Shown here piece by piece: positions 13,930 to 27,900 of a stretch of DNA of 64,000 nt; the stretch's first letter is position 1, and each line of letters begins with the position of its first letter. Source of the DNA: Eledone cirrhosa (Eukaryota); assembly GCA_964016885.1 (NCBI GenBank), contig OZ024743.1, positions 209,622,001 to 209,686,000 of the forward strand, given 5' to 3'. The notes beneath the pieces are model-generated. The model saw only the letters and a list, made by a program, of their open reading frames with translations. It had not been told where the DNA came from and made no database searches. Made by a program: the position numbers and the translations under genes.

Positions 13930-16750
13930 ACTCCATAAGATATACCACAGTTTACCATTTTATAGCCACACATGAAAGCTCTTCACTCCATAAGATATAC
14001 CACAGTTTACCATCCTATAGCCAGATGAAAGCTCTTCACTCCAAAAGATATACCACAGTTTACCATCCTATAGCCACAGATGAAAGCTCTTCACTCCATA
14101 AGATATACCACAGTTTACCATCCTATAGCCACAGATGAAAGCTGTTCACTCCATAAGATATACCACAGTTTACCATCCTATAGCCAGATGAAAGCTCTTC
14201 ACTCCATAAGATATACCACAGTTTACCATCCTATAGCCACAGATGAAATCTCTTCACTCCATAAGATATACCACAGTTTACCATCCTATAGCCACAGATG
14301 AAAGCTCTTCACTCCATAAGATATACCACAGTTTACCATCCTATAGCCACAGATGAAAGCTCTTCACTCCATAAGATATACCACAGTTTACCATCCTATA
14401 GCCACAGATGAAAGCTCTTCACCCCATAAGATATACCACAGTTTACCATCCTATAGCCCCATATGAAAGGTCTTCACTCCATAAGATATACCACAGTTTA
14501 CCATCCTATAGCCACAGATGAAAGCTCTTCACTCCATAAGATATACCACAGTTTACCATCCTATAGCCACATATGAAAGGTCTTCACTCCATAAGATATA
14601 CCACAGTTTACCATCCTATAGCCACAGATGAAAGCTCTTCACTCCATAAGATATACCACAGTTTACCATCCTATAGCCACAGATGAAAGCTCTTCACTCC
14701 ATAAGATATACCACAGTTTACCATCCTATAGCCACATATGAAAGGTCTTCACTCCATAAGATATACCACAGTTTACCATCCTATAGCCACAGATGAAAGC
14801 TCTTCACTCCATAAGATATACCACAGTTTACCATCCTATAGCCACATATGAAAGGTCTTCACTCCATAAGATATACCACAGTTTACCATCCTATAGCCAC
14901 AGATGAAAGCTCTTCACTCCATAAGATATACCACAGTTTACCATCCTATAGCCACGCCACGGATGAAAGCTCTTCACTCCATAAGATATACAACAGTTTA
15001 CCATCCTATAGTCACACATGAAAGCTCTTCACTCCATAAGATATACCACAGTTTACCATTTTATAACCACACATGAAAGCTCTTCACTCCATAAGATACA
15101 CCACAGTTTACCATCCTATAGCCAGATGAAAGCTCTTCACTCCATAAGATATACCACAGTTTACCATCCTATAGCCACAGATGAAATCTGTTCACTCCAT
15201 AAGATATACCACAGTTTACCATCCTATAGCCACAGATGAAAGCTCTTCACTCCATAAGATATACCACACTTTACCATCCTATAGCCACAGATGAAAGCTC
15301 TTCACTCCATAAGATATACCACAGTTTACCATCCTATAGCCACAGATGAAAGCTGTTCACTCCATAAGATATACCACAGTTTACCATTTTATAGCCACAC
15401 ATGAAAGCTCTTCACTCCATAAGATATACCACAGTTTACCATCCTATAGCCAGATGAAAGCTCTTCACTCCAAAAGATATACCACAGTTTACCATCCTAT
15501 AGCCACAGATGAAAGCTCTTCACTCCATAAGATATACCACAGTTTACCATCCTATAGTCACAGATGAAAGCTGTTCACTCCATAAGATATAACACAGTTT
15601 ACCATCCTATAGCCAGATGAAAGCTCTTCACTCCATAAGATATACCACAGTTTACCATCCTATAGCCACAGATGAAATCTCTTCACTCCATAAGATATAC
15701 CACAGTTTACCATCCTATAGCCACAGATGAAAGCTCTTCACTCCATAAGATATACCACAGTTTACCATCCTATAGCCACAGATGAAAGCTCTTCACTCCA
15801 TAAGATATACCACAGTTTACCATCCTATAGCCACAGATGAAAGCTCTTCACCCCATAAGATATACCACAGTTTACCATCCTATAGCCCCATATGAAAGGT
15901 CTTCACTCCATAAGATATACCACAGTTTACCATCCTATAGCCACAGATGAAAGCTCTTCACTCCATAAGATATACCACAGTTTACCATCCTATAGCCACA
16001 TATGAAAGGTCTTCACTCCATAAGATATACCACAGTTTACCATCCTATAGCCACAGATGAAAGCTCTTCACTCCATAAGATATACCACAGTTTACCATCC
16101 TATAGCCACAGATGAAAGCTCTTCACTCCATAAGATATACCACAGTTTACCATCCTATAGCCACATATGAAAGGTCTTCACTCCATAAGATATACCACAG
16201 TTTACCATCCTATAGCCACAGATGAAAGCTCTTCACTCCATAAGATATACCACAGTTTACCATCCTATAGCCACATATGAAAGGTCTTCACTCCATAAGA
16301 TATACCACAGTTTACCATCCTATAGCCACGCCACGGATGAAAGCTCTTCACTCCATAAGATATACAACAGTTTACCATCCTATAGTCACACATGAAAGCT
16401 CTTCACTCCATAAGATATACCACAGTTTACCATTTTATAACCACACATGAAAGCTCTTCACTCCATAAGATATACCACAGTTTACCATCCTATAGCCAGA
16501 TGAAAGCTCTTCACTCCATAAGATATACCACAGTTTACCATCCTATAGCCACAGATGAAATCTGTTCACTCCATAAGATATACCACAGTTTACCATCCTA
16601 TAGCCACAGATGAAAGCTCTTCACTCCATAAGATATACCACACTTTACCATCCTATAGCCACAGATGAAAGCTCTTCACTCCATAAGATATACCACAGTT
16701 TACCATCCTATAGCCACAGATGAAAGCTGTTCACTCCATAAGATATACCA
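13930..16750 (+). repeat. Higher-order tandem duplication, about 1.4 kb unit
   Basis: Offset is 1429 (TTTACCATTTTATAG at 13951/15380; CCAAAAGA and TAGCCCCATATG variants shared), then 1374 (ORFs 15018/16392). Confidence 0.92.
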
Positions 16751-17269
16751 CAGTTTACCATCCTATAGCCACACATGAAAACTCTTCACTCCATAAGATA
16801 CACCACAGTTTACCATTCTATAGCCACAGATGAAAGCTGTTCACTCCATAAGATATACCACAGTTTACCATCCTATAGCCACAGATGAAAGCTCTTCACT
16901 CCATAAGATATACCACAGTTTACCATCCTAAAGCCACAGATCAAAGCTGTTCACTCCATAAGATATACCACAGTTTACCATCCTATAGCCAGATGAAAGC
17001 TCTTCACTCCATAAGATATACCACAGTTTACCATCCTATAGCCACAGATGAAAGCTCTTCACTCCATAAGATATACCACAGTTTACCATCCTATAGCCAC
17101 AGATGAAAGCTCTTCACCCCATAAGATATACCACAGTTTACCATCCTATAGCCACACATGAAAGCTCTTCACTCCATAAGATATACCACAGTTTACCATC
17201 CTATAGCCACAGATGAAAGCTCTTCACTCCATAAGATATACCACAGTTTACCATCCTATAGCCACAGAT

Positions 17270-20200
17270 GAAAGCTCTTCACCCCATAAGATATACCACA
17301 GTTTACCATCCTTTAGCCACACATGAAAGCTCTTCACCCCATAAGATATACCACACTTTACCATCCTATTGCCACAGATGAAAGCTGTTCACTCCATAAG
17401 ATATACCACAGTTTACCATCCTATAGCCACACATGAAAGCTGTTCACTCCATAAGATATACCACAGTTTACCATCCTATAGCCAGATGAAAGCTCTTCAC
17501 TCCATAAGATATACGACAGTTTACCATCCTATAGCCACACATGAAATCTCTTCACTCCATAAGATATACCTCAGTTTACCATCCTATAGCCACAAATGAA
17601 AGCTCTTCACTCCATAAGATATACCACAGTTTACCATCCTATAGCCACACATGAACGCTCTTCACTCCATAAGATATACCACAGTTTACCATCCTATAGC
17701 CACACATGAAAGCTATTCACTCCATAAGATATACCACAGTTTATCATCCTATAGCCAGATGAAAGCTCTTCACTCCATAAGATATACCACAGTTTACCAT
17801 CCTATAGCCACAGATGAAATCTGTTCACTCCATAAGATATACCACAGTTTACCATCCTATAGCCACATATGAAAGGTCTTCACTCCATAAGATATACCAC
17901 ACTTTACCATCCTATAGCCACAGATGAAAGCTCTTCACTCCATAAGATATACCACAGTTTACCATCCTATAGCGACACATGAAAGCTCTTCACTCCATAA
18001 GATATACCACAGTTTACCATCCTATAGCCACACATGAAAGCTCTTCACTCCATAAGATATACCACTGTTTACCATCCTATAGCCACAGATGAAAGCTCTT
18101 CACTCCATAAGATATACCACAGTTTACCATCATATAGCCACACATGAAAGCTCTTCACTCCATAAGATATACCACAGTTTACCATCCTATAGCCACGCCA
18201 CGGATGAAAGCTCTTCACTCCATAAGATATACCACAGTTTACCAACCTATAGCCACGCCACGGATGAAAGCTCTTCACTCCATAAGATATACGACAGTTT
18301 ACCATCCTATAGCCACACATGAAATCTCTTCACTCCATGAGATATACCTCAGTTTACCATCCTATAGTCACAGATGAAAGCTCTTCACTCCATAAGATAT
18401 ACCACAGTTTACCATCCTATAGCCACACATGAAAGCTCTTCACGCCATAAGATATACCTCAGTTTACCATCCTATAGCCACAGATGAAAGCTCTTCACTC
18501 CATAAGATATACCACAGTTTACCATCCTATGGCCACACATGAAAGCTCTTCACCCCATAAGACATACCACAGTTTACCATCTTATAGCCAGATGAAAGCT
18601 CTTCACTCCGTAAAATATACCACAGTTTACCATCCTATACCCACACATGAAAGCTCTTCACTCCATAAGATATACTACAGTTCACCATCCTATAGCCACA
18701 AATGAAAGCTCTTCACCCCATAAGATATACCACAGTTTACCATCCTATAGCCAGATGAAAGCTCTTCACTCCGTAAAATATACCACAGTTTACCATCCTA
18801 TAGCCACACATGAAAGCTCTTCACTCCATAAGATATACCACAGTTTACCATCCTATAGCCACACATGAGAGCTCTTCACTCCATAAGATATACCACTGTT
18901 TACCATCCTATGGCCACACATGAAAGCTCTTCACTCCATAAGATATACCACAGTTTACCATCCTATAGCCAGATGAAAGCTCTTCACTCCATAAAATATA
19001 CCACAGTTTACCACCCTATAGCCACAGATGAAAGCTCTTCACTCCATGAGATATACCACAGTTTACCATCCTATAGCCACGCCACGGATGAAAGCTCTTC
19101 ACTCCATAAGATATACCACAGTTTACCATCCTATAGCCACAGATGAAAGCTCTTCACTCCATAAGATATACCACAGTTTACCATCCTATAGCCACAGATG
19201 AAAGCTCTTCACTCCATAAGATATACCACAGTTTACCATCCTATAGCCACAGATGAAAGCTCTTAACTCCATAAGATATACCACAGTTTACCATCCTATA
19301 GCCACAGATGAAAGCTCTTCACTCCATAAGATATACCACAGTTTACCATCCTATAGCCACAGATGAAAGCTCTTCACCCCATAAGATATACCACAGTTTA
19401 CCATCCTATTGCCACACATGAAAGCTCTTCACTCCATAAGATATACCACAGTTTACCATCCTATAGCCACAGATGAAAGCTCTTCACCCCATAAGATATA
19501 CCACATTTTACCATCCTATAGCCACACATGAAAGCTCTTCACTCCATAAGATATACCACAGTTTACCATCCTATAGCCACACATGAAAGCTCTTCACTCC
19601 ATAAGATATACCACTGTTTACCATCCTAGAGCCACACATGAAAGCTCTTCACTCCATAAGATATACCACAGTTTACCATCCTATAGCCACAGATGAAAGC
19701 TCTTCACCCCATAAGATATACCACAGTTTACCATCCTATAGCCACACATGAAAGCTCTTCACCCCATAAGATATACCACAGTTTACCATCCTATTGCCAC
19801 AGATGAAAGCTGTTCACTCCATAAGATATACCACAGTTTACCATCCTATAGCCACACATGAAAGCTGTTCACTCCATAAGATATACCACAGTTTACCATC
19901 CTATAGCCAGATGAAAGCTCTTCACTCCATAAGATATACGACAGTTTACCATCCTATAGCCACACATGAAATCTCTTCACTCCATAAGATATACCTCAGT
20001 TTACCATCCTATAGCCACAGATGAAAGCTCTTCACTCCATAAGATATACCACAGTTTACCATCCTATAGCCACACATGAAAGCTCTTCACTCCATAAGAT
20101 ATACCACAGTTTATCATCCTATAGCCAGATGAAAGCTCTTCACTCCATAAGATATACCATAGTTTACCATCCTATAGCCACAGATGAAATCTGTTCACTC

Positions 20201-21120
20201 CATAAGATATACCACAGTTTACCATCCTATAGCCACAGATGAAAGCTGTTCACTCCATAAGATATACCACAGTCTACCATCCTATAGCCACAGATGAAAG
20301 CTCTTCACTCCATAAGATATACCACACTTTACCATCCTATAGCCACAGATGAAAGCTCTTCACTCCATAAGATATACCACAGTTTACCATCCTATAGCCA
20401 CAGATGAAAGCTGTTCACTCCATAAGATATACCACAGTTTACCATCCTATAGCCACACATGAAAGCTCTTCACTCCATAAGATATACCACAGTTTACCAT
20501 CCTATAGCCACAGATGAAAGCTGTTCACTCCATAAGATATACGACAGTTTACCATCGTATAGCCACAGATGAAAGTTCTTCACTCCATAAGATATACCAG
20601 AGTTTACCATACTATAGCCACAGATGAAAGCTGTTCACTCCATAAGATATACCACAGTTTACCATCCTATAGCCAGATGAAAGCTCTTCACTCCATAAGA
20701 TATACCACAGTTTACCATCCTATAGCCACATATGAAAGGTCTTCACTCCATAAGATATACCACAGTTTACCATCCTATAGCCACAGATGAAAGCTCTTCA
20801 CTCCATAGGATATACCACAGTTTACCATCCTATAGCGACACATGAAAGCTCTTCACTCCATAAGATATACCACAGTTTACCATCCTATAGCCACACATGA
20901 AAGCTCTTCACTCCATAAGATATACCACTGTTTACCATCCTATAGCCACAGATGAAAGCTCTTCACTCCATAAGATATACCACAGTTTACCATCATATAG
21001 CCACACATGAAAGCTCTTCACTCCATAAGATATACCACAGTTTACCATCCTATAGCCACGCCACGGATGAAAGCTCTTCACTCCATAAGATATACCACAG
21101 TTTACCATCCTATAGTCACA
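17270..21120 (+). repeat. Region with two further partial, displaced copies of the variant string at about 420-1800
   Basis: ORFs 17369 and 17651 match 521 and 803 at offset 16848. ORFs 19794 and 20569 match 521 and 1351 at offsets 19273 and 19218. Shared rare variants include ATGAACGC, TTTATCATC, AGTCTACC and CATCGTATA. Confidence 0.88.
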
Positions 21121-22990
21121 CATGAAAGCTCTTCACCCCATAAGATATACCACAGTTTACCATCCTATAGCCACACATGAAAGCTCTTCACCCCATAAGA
21201 TATACCACAGTTTACCTTCCTATTGCCACACATGAAAGTTCTTCACTCGATAAGATATACCACAGTTTACCATCCTATAGCCACACATGAAAGCTCTTCA
21301 CTCCATAAGATATACCACTGTTTACCATCCTATAGCCACACATGAAAGCTCTTCACTCCATAAGATATACGACAGTTTACCATCCTATAGCCACGCCACG
21401 GATGAAAGCTCTTCAGTCCATAAGATATACCTCAGTTTACTATCTTATAGCCACAGATGAAAGCTGTTCACTCCATAAGATATACCACAGTTTACCATCC
21501 TATAGCCAGATGAAAGCTCTTCACTCCATAAGATATACCACAGTTTACCATCCTATAGCCACAGATGAAAGCTGTTCACTCCATAAGATATACCTCAGTT
21601 TACCATCTTATAGCCAGATGTAAGCTCTTCACTCCATAAGATATACGACAGTTTACCATCCTATAGCCACACATGAAATCTCTTCACTCCATGAGATATA
21701 CCTCAGTTTACCATCCTATAGTCACAGATGAAAGCTCTTCACTCCATAAGATATACCACAGTTTACCATCCTATAGCCACACATGAAAGCTCTTCACGCC
21801 ATAAGATATACCTCAGTTTACCATCCTATAGCCACAGATGAAAGCTCTTCACTCCATAAGATATACCACAGTTTACCATCCTATGGCCACACATGAAAGC
21901 TCTTCACCACATAAGATATACCACAGTTTACCATCCTATAGCCAGATGAAAGCTCTTCACTCCGTAAAATATACCACAGTTTACCATCCTATAGCCACAC
22001 ATGAAAGCTCTTCACTCCATAAGATATACTACAGTTCACCATCCTATAGCCACACATGAAAGCTCTTCACCCCATAAGATATACCACAGTTTACCATCCT
22101 ATAGCCAGATGAAAGCTCTTCACTCCGTAAAATATACCACAGTTTACCATCCTATAGCCACACATGAAAGCTCTTCACTCCATAAGATATACCACAGTTT
22201 ACCATCCTATAGCCACACATGAGAGCTCTTCACTCCATAAGATATACCACTGTTTACCATCCTATGGCCACACATGAAAGCTCTTCACTCCATAAGATAT
22301 ACCACAGTTTACCATCCTATAGCCAGATGAAAGCTCTTCACTCCATAAAATATACCACAGTTTACCACCCTATAGCCACAGATGAAAGCTCTTCACTCCA
22401 TGAGATATACCACAGTTTACCATCCTATAGCCACGCCACGGATGAAAGCTCTTCACTCCATAAGATATACCACAGTTTACCATCCTATAGCCACACATGA
22501 AAGCTCTTCACTCCATAAGATATACCACAGTTTACCATCCTATAGCCAGAGATGAAAGCTCTTAACTCCATAAGATATACCACAGTTTACCATCCTATAG
22601 CCACAGATGAAAGCTCTTCACTCCATAAGATATACCACAGTTTACCATCCTATAGCCACAGATGAAAGCTCTTCACCCCATAAGATATACCACAGTTTAC
22701 CATCCTATTGCCACACATGAAAGCTCTTCACTCCATAAGATATACCACAGTTTACCATCCTATAGCCACAGATGAAAGCTCTTCACCCCATAAGATATAC
22801 CACAGTTTACCATCCTGTAGCCACACATGAAAGCTCTTCACTCCATAAGATATACCACAGTTTACCATCCTATAGCCACACATGAAAGCTCTTCACTCCA
22901 TAAGATATACCACTGTTTACCATCCTAGAGCCACACATGAAAGCTCTTCACTCCATAAGATATACCACAGAGTACCATCCTATAGCCACA
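18270..22990 (+). repeat. Non-adjacent duplicated block of about 1.4 kb (about 18270-19690 and 21625-22990)
   Basis: Offset is 3354 (ORFs 18484/21838, 18647/22001, 18865/22219), falling to 3299 at the CCTAGAG variant (19627/22926). Confidence 0.9.
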
Positions 22991-24900
22991 CATGAAAGCT
23001 CTTCACTCCATGAGATATACCACAGTTTACCATCCTATAGCCACAGATGAAATCTCTTCACCCCATAAGATATACCACAGTTTACCATCCTATAGCCAAA
23101 CATGAAAGCTCTTCACTCCATAAGATAAACCACAGTTTACCATCCTATAGCCACACATGAAGGCTCTTCACTCCATAAGATATACCACAGTTTACCATCC
23201 TATAGCCACAGATGAAAGCTCTTCACTCCATGAGATATACCACAGTTTACCATCCTATAGCCACGCCACGGATGAAAGCTCTTCACTCCATAAGATATTC
23301 CACAGATTACCACCCTATAGCCACAGATGAAAGCTCTTCACTCCATGAGATATACCACAGTTTACCATCCTATAGCCACACCACAGATGAAAGCTCTTCA
23401 CTCCATAAGATATACCACAGTTTAAAATCCTATAGTCACAGATGAAAGCTCTTCACTCCATAAGATATACCACAGTTTACCATCCTATGGCTACAGATGA
23501 AAGCTCTTCACTCCATAAGATATACCACAGTTTACCATCCTATAGCCACAGAGGAAAGCTCTTCACTCCATAAGATATACCACTGTTTACCATCCTATAG
23601 CCACACATGAAAGCTCTTCACTCCATAATATATTCCACAGTTTACCATCCTATAGCCATACATGAGAGCTCTTTACTCCATAAGATATACCACAGTTTAC
23701 CATCCTATAGCCACACATGAAGGCTATTCACTCCATAAGATATACCACTGTTTACCATCCTATGGCCACACATGAAAGCTTTTCACTCCATAAGATATAC
23801 CATAGTTTACCATCCTATAGCACCACATGAAAGCTCTTCACCCCATATGATATACCACAGTTTACCATACTATAGCCACACATGAAAGCTCTGCACTCCA
23901 TAAGATATACCACAGTTTACCATCCTATAGCCACAGATGAAAGCTCTTCACCCCATAGGATATACCACAGTTTACCATCCTATAGCCACACATGAAAGCT
24001 CTTCACCCCATAAGATATACCACAGTTTACCATCCTATAGACACACATGAAAGCTCTCCACCCCATAAGATATACCACAGTTTACCATCCTATAGACACA
24101 CATGAGAGCTCTTCACCCCATAAGATATACCACAGTTTACCATCCTATAGCCACACATGAAAGCTCTTCACTCCATAAGATATACCACAGTTTACCATCC
24201 TATAGCCACACATGAAAGCTCTTCACTCCATAAGATATACCACTGTTTACCATCCTAGAGCCACACATGAAAGCTCTTCACTCCATAAGATATACCACAG
24301 TTTACCATCCTATAGCCACACATGAAAGCTCTTCACTCCATGAGATATACCACAGTTTACCATCCTATAGCCACAGATGAAATCCCTTCACCCCATAAGA
24401 TATACCACAGTTTACCATCCTATAGCCAAACATGAAAGCTCTTCACTCCATAAGATATACCACAATTTACCATCCTATAGCCAAACATGAAGGCTCTTCA
24501 CTCCATAAGTTATACCACAGTTTACCATCCTATAGCCACGGATGAAAGCTCTTCACTCCATGAGATATACCACAGTTTACCATCCTATAGCCACGCCACG
24601 GATGAAAGCTCTTCACTCCATAAGATATTCCACAGATTACCACCCTATAGCCACAGATGAAAGCTCTTCACTCCATGAGATATACCACAGTTTACCATCC
24701 TATAGCCACACCACGGATGAAAGCTCTTCACTCCATAAGATATACCACAGTTTACAATCCTATAGTCACAGATGAAAGCTCTTCACTCCATAAGATATAC
24801 CACAGTTTACCATCCTATGGCCACAGATGAAAGCTCTTCACTCCATAAGATATACCACAGTTTACCATCCTATAGCCACAGAGGAAAGCTCTTCACTCCA
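22800..24900 (+). repeat. Duplicated block of about 0.8 kb at 1330-bp spacing
   Basis: TAGAG at 22926/24256 and ORFs 23212/24542. GATATTCCACAGATTAC and GCCAAAC variants are shared. Confidence 0.88.
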
Positions 24901-27900
24901 TAAGATATACCACAGTTTACCATCCTATAGCCAGATGAATTCTCTTCACTCCATAAGATATACCACAGTTTACAATCCTATAGTCACAGATGAAAGCTCT
25001 TCACTCCATAAGATATACCACAGTTTACCATCCTATAGCCACAGAGGAAAGCTCTTCACTCCATAAGATATACCACTGTTTACCATCCTATAGCCACACA
25101 TGAAAGCTCTTCACTCCATAAGATATACCACAGTTTACCATCCTATAGCCACACATGAAGGCTATTCACTCCATAAGATATACCACTGTTTACCATCCTA
25201 TGGCCACACATGAAAGCTTTTCACTCCATAAGATATACCATAGTTTACCATCCTATAGCCACACATGAAAGCTCTTCACCCCATAAGATATACCACAGTT
25301 TACCATCCTATAGCCACACATGAAAGCTCTTCACCCCATAAGATATACCACAGTTTACCATCCTATAGCCACACATGAGAGCTCTTCACTCCATAAGATA
25401 TACCACAGTTTACCATCCTATAGCCAGAGATGAAAGCTGTTCACTCCATAAGATATACCACAGTTTACCATCCTATAGTCACAGATGAAAGCTCTTCACT
25501 CCATAAGATATACCACAGTTTACCATCCTATAGCCACAGATGAAAGCTGTTCACTCCATAAGATATACCACAGTTTACCATCCTATAGGCACACATGAAA
25601 GCTCTTCACTCCATAAGTTATACCACAGTTTACCATCCTATAGCCACACATGAAAGCTCTTCACTCCATAAGATATACCACAGTTTACCATCCTATAGCC
25701 ACAGATGAAAGCTCTTCACCCCATAGGATATACCACAGTTTACCATCCTATAGCCACACATGAAAGCTCTTCACCCCATAAGATATACCACAGTTTACCA
25801 TCCTATAGCCACACATGAAAGCTCTTCACCCCATAAGATATACCACAGTTTACCATCCTATTGCCACACATGAAATTTCTTCACTCGATAAGATATACCA
25901 CAGTTTACCATCCTATAGCCACACATGAAAGCTCTTCACTCCATAAGATATACCACAGTTTACCATCCTATAGCCAGATGAATGCTCTTCACTCCATAAG
26001 ATATACGACAGTTTACCATCCTATAGCCACACATGAAAGCTCTTCACTCCATAAGATATACCTCAGTTTACTATCTTATAGCCACAGATGAAAGCTGTTC
26101 ACTCCATAAGATATACCACAGTTTACCATCCTATAGCCAGATGAAAGCTCTTCACTCCATAAGATATACCACAGTTTACCATCCTATAGCCACACATGAA
26201 AGCTCTTCACGCCATAAGATATACCTCAGTTTACCATCCTATAGCCACAGATGAAAGCTCTTCACTCCATAAGATATACCACAGTTTACTATCCTATAGA
26301 CACACATGAGAGCTTTTCACTCCATAAGATATACCACAGTTTACCATCCTATGGCCACACATGAAAGCTCTTCACCCCATAAGATATACCACAGTTTACC
26401 ATCCTATAGCCAGATGAAAGCTCTTCACTCCGTAAAATATACCACAGTTTACCATCCTATAGCCACACATGAAAGCTCTTCACTCCATAAGATATACCAC
26501 AGTTTACCATCCTATAGCCACACATGAGAGCTCTTCACTCCATAAGATATACCACTGTTTACCATCCTATGGCCACACATGAAAGCTCTTCACTCCATAA
26601 GATATACCACAGTTTACCATCCGATAGCCAGATGAAAGCTCTTCACTCCATAAAATATACCACAGTTTACCACCCTATAGCCACAGATGAAAGCTCTTCA
26701 CTCCATGAGATATACCACAGTTTACCATCCTATAGCCACGCCACGGATGAAAGCTCTTCACTCTATAAGATATACCACAGTTTACAATCCTATAGCCAGA
26801 GATGAAAGCTCTTCACTCCATAAGATATACCACAGTTTACCATCCTATGGCCACAGATGAAAGCTCTTCACTCCATAAGATATACCACAGTTTACCATCC
26901 TATAGCCACACATGAAAGCTCTTCACTCCATAAGATATACCACAGTTTACCATCCTATAGCCAGATGAAAGCTCTTCACTCCATGAGATATACCACAGTT
27001 TACCATCCTATAGCCACAGATGAAAGCTGTTCACTCCATAAGATATACCACAGTTAACCATCCTATAGCCGGATGAAAGCTCTTCACGCCATAAGATATA
27101 CCACAGTTTACCATCCTATAGCCACAGATGAAAGCTCTTCACTCCATAAGATATACCACAGTTTACCATCCTATAGCCACAGATGAAAGCTCTTCACTCC
27201 ATAAGATATACCACAGTTTACCATCCTATAGCTACAGATGAAAGCTCTTAACTCCATAAGATATACCACAGTTTACCATCCTATAGCCACAGATGAAAGC
27301 TCTTCACTCCATAAGATATACCACAGTTTACCATCCTATAGCCACAGATGAAAGCTGTTCACTCCATAAGATATACCACAGTTTACCATCCTATAGGCAC
27401 ACATGAAAGCTCTTCACTCCATAAGTTATACCACAGTTTTCCATCCTATAGCCACTCATGAAAGCTCTTCACTCCATAAGATATATCACAGTTTACCATC
27501 CTATAGCCACAGATGAATGCTCTTCACTCCATGAGATATACCACAGTTTACCATCCTATAGCCACGCCACGGATGAAAGCTCTTCACTCCATAAGATATT
27601 CCACAGATTACCACCCTATAGCCACAGATGAAAGCTCTTCACTCCATGAGATATACCACAGTTTACCATCCTATAGCCACACCACGGATGAAAGCTCTTC
27701 ACTCCATAAGATATACCACAGTTTACAATCCTATAGTCACAGATGAAAGCTCTTCACTCCATAAGATATACCACAGTTTACCATCCTATGGCCACAGATG
27801 AAAGCTCTTCACTCCATAAGATATACCACAGTTTACCATCCTATAGCCACAGAGGAAAGCCCTTCACTCCATAAGATATACCACAGTTTACCATCCTATA

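Noticed and set aside
3036-21123. Minus-strand ORFs of the type MCDYRMVNCGISYGVKSF...
   Set aside because: They are antisense readings of the same repeat, opened by a 60-mer plus a stop-removing substitution, and multiplied by block duplication.
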